Shown: in pieces, positions 56,772 through 64,000 of the stretch
Position numbering within the stretch: the stretch's first letter is position 1
Layout: each line of letters begins with the position of its first letter
NCBI GenBank assembly: GCA_026416665.1
Contig: JAOAET010000055.1
Span: 2,490 to 66,489, forward strand
DNA length: 64,000 bases
Origin: Candidatus Omnitrophota bacterium
GTDB lineage: Bacteria > Omnitrophota > Gorgyraeia > Gygaellales > Profunditerraquicolaceae
Reading direction: 5' to 3'
Program-made: the position numbers and the translations under genes
Notes under the pieces: generated by a model
Told to the model about the DNA's origin: nothing
Seen by the model: only the letters and a program-made list of their open reading frames with translations
Database searches by the model: none

Positions 56772-57601
56772 TTAAGAAATCCCTCCCTTTTTCTTTTTGC
56801 AGAAAAAATAATTTTTCTTAAAAGAAATTTATTTTTTTCATAAATTGCTTTTTTAAAAAATAAAAATTTTTTTTCGAAGCTATCCATAGCTGATAGTAAT
56901 GCTGATTTATTTTCTAAAAAAATATCTGACCAAAGATTAGCATCAGAGCCTGCGATTCTGGTCATTTCTTTAAAACTAGGTGGTGCAAGTTTTGATTCCT
57001 CTTTGGTAATTATGTTCATTAGAGAAAAAGCAATGGCGTGAGGTAGATGGCTTAGTCGTCCAAGTATCTTATCATGTTTTTCGGCACTCATTTCTACAAC
57101 GTTGCACCCTACCATTTTCCATAGTTGAACTATTTTTTTCTTTGCTGTTAAATTAGTTTTTTTTGTAGGTGTAACTATACATATACTTCCTTTAAAAAGT
57201 TCAGCGTTTGCATAAATAATTCCTCTTTTCTCAGAACCAGCTAGAGGATGGCTGCCTAAATAAAAATTAAAATATTTTTCGAATTCTTTAACAATATTTT
57301 CTTTGGTACTTGACACATCGCTAATTATTACTTCGGGTTTTACAATTTTTGCGATAAGAGGTGCTATTTCATAGCAGACACTTGGTGGAGTAGCAACAAT
57401 TACGCATTCGGCATCATTTATATCTTTAAGCGAACGAGAAACTCGGTAGAATATGCCCATTTTTTGGGCGATTATTTCACTACTCTTATGTCGACATACA
57501 CCAATTATCCGTTTACAAAGTTTGTATTTTTTAATAGCTAATGCCAGCGACCCTCCAATAAGGCCTGTTCCTACAATGGCAATATTTTCAAATAGTATCA
57601 T
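56768..57601 (-). CDS. tyrA: prephenate/arogenate dehydrogenase
   Basis: 277 aa; [16 protein letters not shown] Rossmann, TyrA family layout. Confidence 0.8.
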   Translation of the reverse strand: MILFENIAIVGTGLIGGSLALAIKKYKLCKRIIGVCRHKSSEIIAQKMGIFYRVSRSLKDINDAECVIVATPPSVCYEIAPLIAKIVKPEVIISDVSSTKENIVKEFEKYFNFYLGSHPLAGSEKRGIIYANAELFKGSICIVTPTKKTNLTAKKKIVQLWKMVGCNVVEMSAEKHDKILGRLSHLPHAIAFSLMNIITKEESKLAPPSFKEMTRIAGSDANLWSDIFLENKSALLSAMDSFEKKFLFFKKAIYEKNKFLLRKIIFSAKRKREGFLK

Positions 57602-58617
57602 AGAATAGTTCTATCTACCGCTTCTGCAATACGCCGTAATTCTTGCATTAGCGATGAAAAATTTTCAGGAACCAATGACTGTGCCCCATCGGAGAAGGCT
57701 TCTTCGGGTTTTGAATGCACTTCAATCATTAACCCATCACACCCTGCTGCAACCCCTGCTCTAGCTAAAGCAGCCACCAATCCCCACTTACCCGCTGCGT
57801 GGCTTGGATCAACGATAATTGGTAAATGTGAAAGTTGTTTTACTGCAGGAACTGCAGTAATATCTAAGGTATTGCGGCTAAAATCTTCGAAAGTTCGAAT
57901 ACCCCTCTCACAAAGAAGTACATTGAAGTTTCCCGCAGAGAGGATGTATTCAGCGGACATAAGCAACTCTTTAATCGTAGAAGAAAGGCCACGTTTTAAG
58001 AGAACAGGTTTTTGAGTGGCACCGACTTCTTTAAGAAGACTAAAATTTTGCATATTTCTTGCACCAATTTGTAAAATATCTACATAACGTGCCACTAAAT
58101 CTACATCCCGAGGGTCCATTACTTCAGAAACAGTAACCAATTGTAAGGTTTCGCCTACCTCTTTAAGCCATTTTAATCCTTCTTCACCGATTCCTTGAAA
58201 ACTATAAGGCGAAGTTCGTGGTTTAAATGCCCCTCCCCGCAGTACTTGTGCGCCTGCTTTTTTAACTGCAGAAGCTATCTCGAAAAGAAGATCTTTATTC
58301 TCCACAGCACAAGGTCCTGCCATAATTACAATTTCTCTTGAGCCAATTTTTACTCCTTTGCCCACATTAATTACTGAGTTTTCTGGTTTAAATTCACGCG
58401 ACACAAGTTTATACGGTGCCAAAACCGGCATTACCTTTTCTACACCAGGGAAAACTTCTAAGGGTGTTACCTGAAGTAAATCCTCAGGACCGATGACACC
58501 GATAATGGTGCGTTCTGTTCCTTTTGAGATATGTACCTTTAAACCCAGCTTTTGAACTTTTTCAATTATGTGGTCTATCTGTTGTTGTGTGGCATCTGGC
58601 CGAAGGACAATTATCAT
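57598..58617 (-). CDS. aroF: 3-deoxy-7-phosphoheptulonate synthase (class I-beta) with N-terminal ferredoxin-like regulatory domain
   Basis: 339 aa. N-terminal ~65 aa ACT/FL-like domain ([33 protein letters not shown]) as in the Thermotoga-type enzyme, then a DAHPS/KDO8PS TIM barrel ([11 protein letters not shown]). Confidence 0.85.
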   Translation of the reverse strand: MIIVLRPDATQQQIDHIIEKVQKLGLKVHISKGTERTIIGVIGPEDLLQVTPLEVFPGVEKVMPVLAPYKLVSREFKPENSVINVGKGVKIGSREIVIMAGPCAVENKDLLFEIASAVKKAGAQVLRGGAFKPRTSPYSFQGIGEEGLKWLKEVGETLQLVTVSEVMDPRDVDLVARYVDILQIGARNMQNFSLLKEVGATQKPVLLKRGLSSTIKELLMSAEYILSAGNFNVLLCERGIRTFEDFSRNTLDITAVPAVKQLSHLPIIVDPSHAAGKWGLVAALARAGVAAGCDGLMIEVHSKPEEAFSDGAQSLVPENFSSLMQELRRIAEAVDRTIL

Positions 58618-58620
58618 ATT

Positions 58621-59712
58621 CTATCCTTTCTTTGCTAATAAAACTTTCTCCAGTTTTTTTATAAAATAAGCGTTTTCTTCAGCAGTGCCAATAGTAACTC
58701 GAATATGGGTATTTAAGTTATATTGTTTCATATCTCTTACAATAACTCCTTCTTTAAGAAGTTCTTGAAATACTTCCCAACAATCTCTGCCAACGTCAAC
58801 TAAAATAAAATTAGTCACTGACTTAACATAAGCCAGTCCTAAACGTTCTAATTGCTGATAAAGATAATACTTACCTTCTAAAGTAAGAGTCCGAGTTTTT
58901 TTAAGGAAGAGTTTATCTGAAAGTGCCGCTTCAGCGCCAACTTGAGCAAGCATATTCACGTTAAAAGGTTGTCTTGTTTTTTCCATATATTGAGTGAATT
59001 TTTCGTCAGCAATACAATAACCAACACGTAATCCTGAAAGTCCATAAGCTTTAGAAAAGGTTTTTAAGGTTATAACCGGTTTATCAAGATAAGATATGCC
59101 AGTAGGATAATCTTTTACATCGATAAATGTGTCATAAGCTTCATCTAACACTACCAAGGCATGTTCAGGTAATGCAGTTAAGAAATTTTCTAGTTCATTT
59201 TTGTTTACATAGGTTCCTGTAGGATTATTGGGATTGGCAATAAAAATAATTTTGGTCTTAGAATTTACTTTCTTTCGCAAGCCATTTAAATCGTAGCGAA
59301 AATCTTTAAGTGGCACAGTAAAGACTTGCCGATTATTAATTGTAGCAATAATTTGGTATTCTACGAAAGTAGTCTCAGAAGTAATAATGTTCTCATCCTC
59401 ATTGACAAATGTTTTTATTATAATATCAATTAACTCATCTGACCCATTACCAATTACGAAGTTTTGTGATTTTAAATTATAATGTTTGGCTAAACTTTGT
59501 TTTAGATAGTAATTATTTGAATCCGGATAGCGGTTTATATTTCCAATAACTTTTTGGATTGCAGAAACCGCCTTAGGCGATGGACCAAAAGGATTTTCAT
59601 TAGAAGCTAATTTTATTACTCTTCGAAGCCCAAGTTGACGTTTAGTTTCCTCTATTGGTTTCCCCGCCACATACGGCGACAAATTTTCAATATTTTTTCT
59701 AACCCACTTCAT
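58621..59712 (-). CDS. hisC: histidinol-phosphate / aromatic aminotransferase (class II)
   Basis: 363 aa; LASNENPFGPSP, KAYGLSGLRVGY PLP-lysine region. Confidence 0.8.
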   Translation of the reverse strand: MKWVRKNIENLSPYVAGKPIEETKRQLGLRRVIKLASNENPFGPSPKAVSAIQKVIGNINRYPDSNNYYLKQSLAKHYNLKSQNFVIGNGSDELIDIIIKTFVNEDENIITSETTFVEYQIIATINNRQVFTVPLKDFRYDLNGLRKKVNSKTKIIFIANPNNPTGTYVNKNELENFLTALPEHALVVLDEAYDTFIDVKDYPTGISYLDKPVITLKTFSKAYGLSGLRVGYCIADEKFTQYMEKTRQPFNVNMLAQVGAEAALSDKLFLKKTRTLTLEGKYYLYQQLERLGLAYVKSVTNFILVDVGRDCWEVFQELLKEGVIVRDMKQYNLNTHIRVTIGTAEENAYFIKKLEKVLLAKKG

Positions 59713-60784
59713 AATTGTCCTCAGATGCTGGATACGACCCCAGTATCTTTAAGAATTTACATCTACCCTCTAATATTTCTAAAGACTTTTTTATATACCG
59801 ATGGTTCTGATGTCCTTCTAAATCAATAAAGAAATAATAATCCCATGCCTTCTTTTTAGAAGGCCGAGATTCTATCTTACTTAAGTTGACACCAAATCGT
59901 TTAAAAGGTTCAAGCATCTCATAAAGGGCGCCAACTTTATCTTTTATAGAGAACATAAGAGAAGTTTTATCATGACCAGTAGGTTTAGGTTGAGTTTTTC
60001 CGATTACGAAAAAACGTGTAATATTATGTCCAGAATCTTGGATATTGTGAGCAATAATAGGTAGTTGATATAATTCAGCGGCTAAAGTAGAAGCAATAGC
60101 TGCTGATTTTTTTTGTTTTGCCGCTTCTTGAGCCGCATGAGTAGTACTTGAAACTTCAATAAGTTGAGCTTTGGGTAAATTTTTTTGTAACCATAACCTG
60201 CATTGACCAAAAACCATCGGGTGAGAGTAGATTCGTTCAACTTCACCTATGGGGAAATGAGATAAAAGATTATGACTAATTTCTAATAATATCTGAGCAC
60301 AGATTTTTAAATCAGAGTCGATAAACATATCCAGTGTATGAGTAACCGCACCTTCAATAGAATTTTCAATTGGTACAACCCCATAATCAGCATTATTTTT
60401 TTCAACCTCAACAAAAACTGATGAAATAGAATCACATGCTTGATAGTTTACCAGAGAACCAAACTTTTTAAGCGCAGCTTGATGAGTAAAGGTAGCGGCA
60501 GGACCAAGATAGGCAATAACTAAAGGTTTTTCTAAAGCTAGACTTGAAGACATAATTTCACGATAGATACTGGTTACCGCTTTAGAAGTAAGTGGGGGCT
60601 TTACAAGTTGAGATACTCTTCTTAGAACATATTGTTCGCGGTCAGGACAATAAATACTGGTGTTTTCTTTTGTTTTTAACTGGCCTATTGCCGAAGAAAT
60701 TTTTGCCCTTTCAACAAGAAGCTTTATAATATTTCGGTCAAGTTTATCAATTGCTTTACGCAGTTTTACCAGTTCCTTTTTCAT
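59699..60784 (-). CDS. pheA: bifunctional chorismate mutase / prephenate dehydratase
   Basis: N-terminal CM domain (LRKAIDKLDRNIIKLLVERAKIS), PDT domain, C-terminal ACT. Start at the second Met avoids a long overlap with scpB. Confidence 0.85.
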   Translation of the reverse strand: MKKELVKLRKAIDKLDRNIIKLLVERAKISSAIGQLKTKENTSIYCPDREQYVLRRVSQLVKPPLTSKAVTSIYREIMSSSLALEKPLVIAYLGPAATFTHQAALKKFGSLVNYQACDSISSVFVEVEKNNADYGVVPIENSIEGAVTHTLDMFIDSDLKICAQILLEISHNLLSHFPIGEVERIYSHPMVFGQCRLWLQKNLPKAQLIEVSSTTHAAQEAAKQKKSAAIASTLAAELYQLPIIAHNIQDSGHNITRFFVIGKTQPKPTGHDKTSLMFSIKDKVGALYEMLEPFKRFGVNLSKIESRPSKKKAWDYYFFIDLEGHQNHRYIKKSLEILEGRCKFLKILGSYPASEDNYEVG

Positions 60785-61454
60785 CTTTTTCACACATCTT
60801 GTTGTTTTGCAAATTGTTAAATTGTTCTGCAAATGACTGTTGTTGTTCTGCGTTAGGAGGAAATTTTTCCATTTTGGGTAACTCTTCCAAAGAATTTAAA
60901 CCAAAATACTCAAGAAATACCCGCGTGGTGCCATATACTTTAGGTCTTCCAGGGGTTTTCTTATGTCCCAACACTCGAATTAAATTACGCTCCTGAAGTG
61001 TTTTTATAACGCCATCTATATTTACTTTTCTTAATACCTCTATTTCAGATTTAGAAATAGGTTGTTTATATGCAATAATAGCTAATGTTTCCATCGCCGC
61101 TTGAGAAAGCCTTTCTTGATTTTGAGGCCCCTTGTATAATCTGCGTAAAAAATGAGAAAAATGAGGGGAGGCAATCATTTGGAATCCACCCGCAACCTCA
61201 CAGATACGTATCCCTCTATTTGATTGTTCGTATTCTTCCTTCAATTCTAATACTTTTTTAAGCAATGTTTGGGAATCTACATAATTAAAAATCCGACGAA
61301 TCTGGTCACAAGATATTGGTTTATCAGTTGAAAATAATACTGCTTCGATGGCTGCTTTAAGGTTATCTTCAGGAATATTTTCAAAAGGTCTTTTATCATA
61401 AATACTCTCTTTTTGTTTTGACTCAACTATAATATCCTTCATTTTATCTTTCAA
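60756..61454 (-). CDS. scpB: segregation and condensation protein B
   Basis: 232 aa; AIEAVLFSTDKPIS, winged-helix repeats. Confidence 0.85.
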   Translation of the reverse strand: MKDKMKDIIVESKQKESIYDKRPFENIPEDNLKAAIEAVLFSTDKPISCDQIRRIFNYVDSQTLLKKVLELKEEYEQSNRGIRICEVAGGFQMIASPHFSHFLRRLYKGPQNQERLSQAAMETLAIIAYKQPISKSEIEVLRKVNIDGVIKTLQERNLIRVLGHKKTPGRPKVYGTTRVFLEYFGLNSLEELPKMEKFPPNAEQQQSFAEQFNNLQNNKMCEKDEKGTGKTA

Positions 61455-62076
61455 TTCTTTTTTGTTTGTACACTTCGTTTAATAATTCCTCTGTGGATTT
61501 TAGTTCTTTTTTTGTGTGTTCCAAAACCCTAGCGATCATTTGTATTGCTTCATGTTTTTTATAACCCAATTGTAATAACACAGCTAAAGCTTCTTCTTGA
61601 CTATCTCGAGAAACTTTTTCAATAGAAGCGGTCTGACTGTCTTTTAGTAATCCGAACTTTGCAACTTTATTTTGTAGTTTTGCTATAATTTCTTTAGCCC
61701 TCTGAGTACCAATCCCAGGAAGGGATTTTAGAAATTCAATATTTGCTTCATCTATAGCTCTGGCAATTTCAGAGATAGGTTTATTAAGAGCTTTTAAAGC
61801 TGCCTTAGGACCAATTCCCGAAACAGTAATAAAACTTTCAAAAAATTCTTTTTCGATGTTATTAGTAAAACCAATAAGAACAGGTATACTACGAGAAGGA
61901 TCTGTTTGGTAATAATGATAAGTTACTAAACTAACCTGTAAACCCTCCTTTACTGTGGAATTAAGGCGCTCCATTACAGTTAAAGGTAAGAAAACTTCAT
62001 AGGTTAATCCATTAACATCTATTAATAAATAATTTTCACCTATTTGTTTTATGGTTCCTGTAATTCTGGCTATCAT
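61444..62076 (-). CDS. ruvA: Holliday junction branch migration complex subunit RuvA
   Basis: 210 aa; MIARITGTI..., HhH motifs GIGPKAA/GIGTQRA. Confidence 0.9.
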   Translation of the reverse strand: MIARITGTIKQIGENYLLIDVNGLTYEVFLPLTVMERLNSTVKEGLQVSLVTYHYYQTDPSRSIPVLIGFTNNIEKEFFESFITVSGIGPKAALKALNKPISEIARAIDEANIEFLKSLPGIGTQRAKEIIAKLQNKVAKFGLLKDSQTASIEKVSRDSQEEALAVLLQLGYKKHEAIQMIARVLEHTKKELKSTEELLNEVYKQKRIER

Positions 62077-62567
62077 ATATTAAAGATATGTTTCCTTGAG
62101 GTGATATTATTATAGGCAACTGCTAACGCAAGTGCATCGCTGGCATCCTCAGAATATTCGCAAGGTAATGAACGGAATTGGCAACTTATCATGCGTTTTA
62201 TCTGTTGTTTTGAAGCCAGCCCTTTTCCCACAATAGCTTTTTTAACTCTAGTTGCAGGCAGTTCTTCAATTTTTATACCACAAGAGGCCGCTGCAAGTAA
62301 AAAAACACCACGTGCATGTCCTAAAATAAATGCAGTTGTTGGATGACGATAATGTACATAAACTTTCTCAATCACCATGATATCGGGACGGAATTGTTTT
62401 ATTATTTTGATTGCTTCTTCATAAAGCAGTAATAAACGCCTTGCGAAAGTTTCTTTATATTCGGTTTTGATTGTTCCTGCACAAAGTAAGGTTTGTTTAT
62501 TCTTTGTAGATTCAATAATACTAAAACCTGTTACCGTTAAAGCTGGGTCTATCCCTAGTATTCTCAT
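62073..62567 (-). CDS. ruvC: crossover junction endodeoxyribonuclease RuvC
   Basis: 164 aa; ILGIDPALTVTGFSII, RNase H-fold catalytic acids. Confidence 0.9.
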   Translation of the reverse strand: MRILGIDPALTVTGFSIIESTKNKQTLLCAGTIKTEYKETFARRLLLLYEEAIKIIKQFRPDIMVIEKVYVHYRHPTTAFILGHARGVFLLAAASCGIKIEELPATRVKKAIVGKGLASKQQIKRMISCQFRSLPCEYSEDASDALALAVAYNNITSRKHIFNI

Positions 62568-63319
62568 TACTGCCCACTTGAAATTTGTTCCATAATTTCA
62601 TCAGGGATATCAAAATTTGCATATACCTGTTGAACATCATCGTGTTCTTCTAGAGCATCAATCAGTGCTAATACAGCTTTTGCATCGGTTGCATTTAGTT
62701 TTATAGTGCTAGAAGGAACCATTGTTATTTCTGCCTGCTCCCAAGGAATTCCTTTCTTCTGAAGAGCTTGTTTAACATTTTCAAAATCCTGAGGTTTTGA
62801 ATATATTTCATAGGTATCCGATTCACTTTTAACATCTTCAGCGCCAGCATCTAACACTATTGATAATAACTCGTCTTCACTAATAATTTCTTTTTTTACG
62901 CTGATACATCCTTTCATCGAAAACATCCAAGAAACCGATCCGCTTCCTGCTAAGTTACCATTTTTCTTTGACATAATGTTGCGAATCTCAGCAGTTGTGC
63001 GATTTTTATTATCGGTAATAGCCTCAATAAGTAATGCTACACCTGCTGGTGCATAACCTTCATAGGTGACTGACTCATAAGTAACACCTGGTAATTCACC
63101 TGTTCCGCGCTTAATAGCCATCTTTATATTTTCCTGAGGCATATTGGCCTCTTTGGCGCGAGCAATGGCAGTTCGTAATTTGGCATTAGTTTCGGGATTA
63201 CCTCCTCCTTCTCGCGCGGCAACCGTAATTTCTTTAATAATTTTAGTATACATCGCGCCTTTTTTGGCATCAGCAGCTGCTTTTTTTGCCTTATTAGTTT
63301 TCCATTTTGAATGACCTGA
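62567..63319 (-). CDS. yebC: YebC/PmpR family DNA-binding transcriptional regulator
   Basis: MSGHSKWKTNKAKKAAADAKKG N-terminus with RBS GGAGGAA. The ORF-track start at 63547 is an artefactual extension into rnpB. Confidence 0.9.
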   Translation of the reverse strand, partial: SGHSKWKTNKAKKAAADAKKGAMYTKIIKEITVAAREGGGNPETNAKLRTAIARAKEANMPQENIKMAIKRGTGELPGVTYESVTYEGYAPAGVALLIEAITDNKNRTTAEIRNIMSKKNGNLAGSGSVSWMFSMKGCISVKKEIISEDELLSIVLDAGAEDVKSESDTYEIYSKPQDFENVKQALQKKGIPWEQAEITMVPSSTIKLNATDAKAVLALIDALEEHDDVQQVYANFDIPDEIMEQISSGQ

Positions 63320-63354
63320 CATTATTCCTCCTTGTTTATTTTCGTTAATTAATG

Positions 63355-63716
63355 AAATCGGACAGGCAGCATAAGCCGGGTTCTGTCTATTGTGTGTGGC
63401 CATTTTTCTTAAGATCTCTGTTACCAGTAGATCTTTTGCAGCCAACCCGAGACTCATATCGGAGGGGGCTTCTCCTTGTCTCCTATTTGGCCTTGCTCCA
63501 CGTAGAGATTGCGACGTTTCACCTCGTAGCATGATTAAGTTTACCACGATATTCTCGGTAAACCTAATTTGCTACTACTCGTCTCTGTAGCTCTAATCCT
63601 CTTTAAGTAATAACTTACTTAAAGGGTCGGGTGTTACCCGCTACGTTGCCCACTGGAGCCCGGACTTTCCTCCCTTCTGACAAAGCAGAAGAGTAGCCAC
63701 CTGCTGCCTGCTCCTT
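63355..63716 (-). ncRNA. rnpB: RNase P RNA (bacterial type A)
   Basis: Minus-strand GGAGGAAAGUCCGGGCUCC (P4) at 63650-63668, ...GGGUAACACCCG..., 3' ACAGAACCCGGCUUAUGCUGCCUGUCCG pairing with 5' GGAGCAGGCAGC (P1). About 360 nt, GC-rich. Confidence 0.85.
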
Positions 63717-64000
63717 CATATATTCCTTGATAGCCTCAGAAGCTAACTTATCTGCACGGTTGTTTTCTAAACGAGGTATATGTTCTATAACAACCTTTTT
63801 AAATTTAGAAATTAAATTTTGTGCTTCGTTATAAAGTTGTTTAAGCCTTGGGTGTTGCACTTTATATATATTTTTAAGCTGGCGACATAATAGTTCACTA
63901 TCAGTTCTTACTATGACAACATCAGGTTTTAAATGATAGGCTTGTTCCAAGCCAGAAAGTAAAGCAGTGTATTCAGCAACATTATTGGTATTATGACCAA
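63615..64000 (-). CDS. RNase H (type 1) family protein, N-terminus outside the window
   Basis: GHNTNNVAEYTALLSGLE ... IEHIPRLENNRADKLASEAI RNase HI motifs. The frame stays open to the window end. The C-terminal 30 codons overlap the rnpB 5' region. Confidence 0.6.
   Translation of the reverse strand, partial: GHNTNNVAEYTALLSGLEQAYHLKPDVVIVRTDSELLCRQLKNIYKVQHPRLKQLYNEAQNLISKFKKVVIEHIPRLENNRADKLASEAIKEYMKEQAAGGYSSALSEGRKVRAPVGNVAGNTRPFK

Noticed and set aside
63352-63590. Two plus-strand ORFs (60 and 66 aa) and the 76-codon N-terminal extension of yebC
   Set aside because: All lie inside the RNase P RNA gene (P4 motif GGAAAGUCCGGGCUCC present). yebC clearly starts at MSGHSKW with its own RBS.
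1-64000. CRISPR arrays, IS elements, large direct or inverted repeats
   Set aside because: No regularly spaced direct repeats, no transposase-like ORFs and no terminal inverted repeats were seen on reading through the window.

Overview
Low-GC (~33-35%) bacterial chromosomal segment, probably from a Gram-negative (diderm) organism. It is densely packed, with almost all genes on the minus strand. Most of the window is housekeeping: uvrB, valS, nadC, coaX, the thr/lys/ile biosynthesis genes (cimA-lysC-hom-thrC), gatCAB, ftsH, tilS, lepA-lepB, plsY-pgsA, an aromatic amino-acid block (aroF-tyrA-pheA-hisC), ruvAC and yebC. RNA genes are tRNA-Pro(GGG), a tRNA-Thr/Tyr/Gly cluster, a tRNA-Ile2-like CAU tRNA beside tilS, and RNase P RNA (rnpB). 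Three parts stand out. (1) About 42.2-51.7 kb is an accessory locus that looks like an archaic chaperone-usher-type fimbrial system with unusual parts: a PapD-like chaperone, a Csu/SCPU-like pilin, a secreted protein with two tandem Ig-like domains, and two paralogous outer-membrane proteins with a TPR motif and a beta-barrel, one carrying C-terminal Cna-B/SdrD-B domains. Upstream sits a candidate c-di-GMP-I (GEMM) riboswitch with terminator hairpins and a ribbon-helix-helix (RHH)-like regulator. A second attenuator-like leader lies in front of the distal outer-membrane protein gene. (2) A four-gene module reads straight into valS: a Ycf46-like AAA+ ATPase, a membrane-anchored double zinc-ribbon protein, a DUF1257 protein and a DUF2997 protein. 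(3) Four stand-alone PilZ proteins are scattered through the amino-acid biosynthesis cluster. Other items are an unplaceable 1078-aa protein, a bactofilin-HTH fusion and a lipoprotein phosphatase island. No CRISPR array, IS element or prophage was seen.
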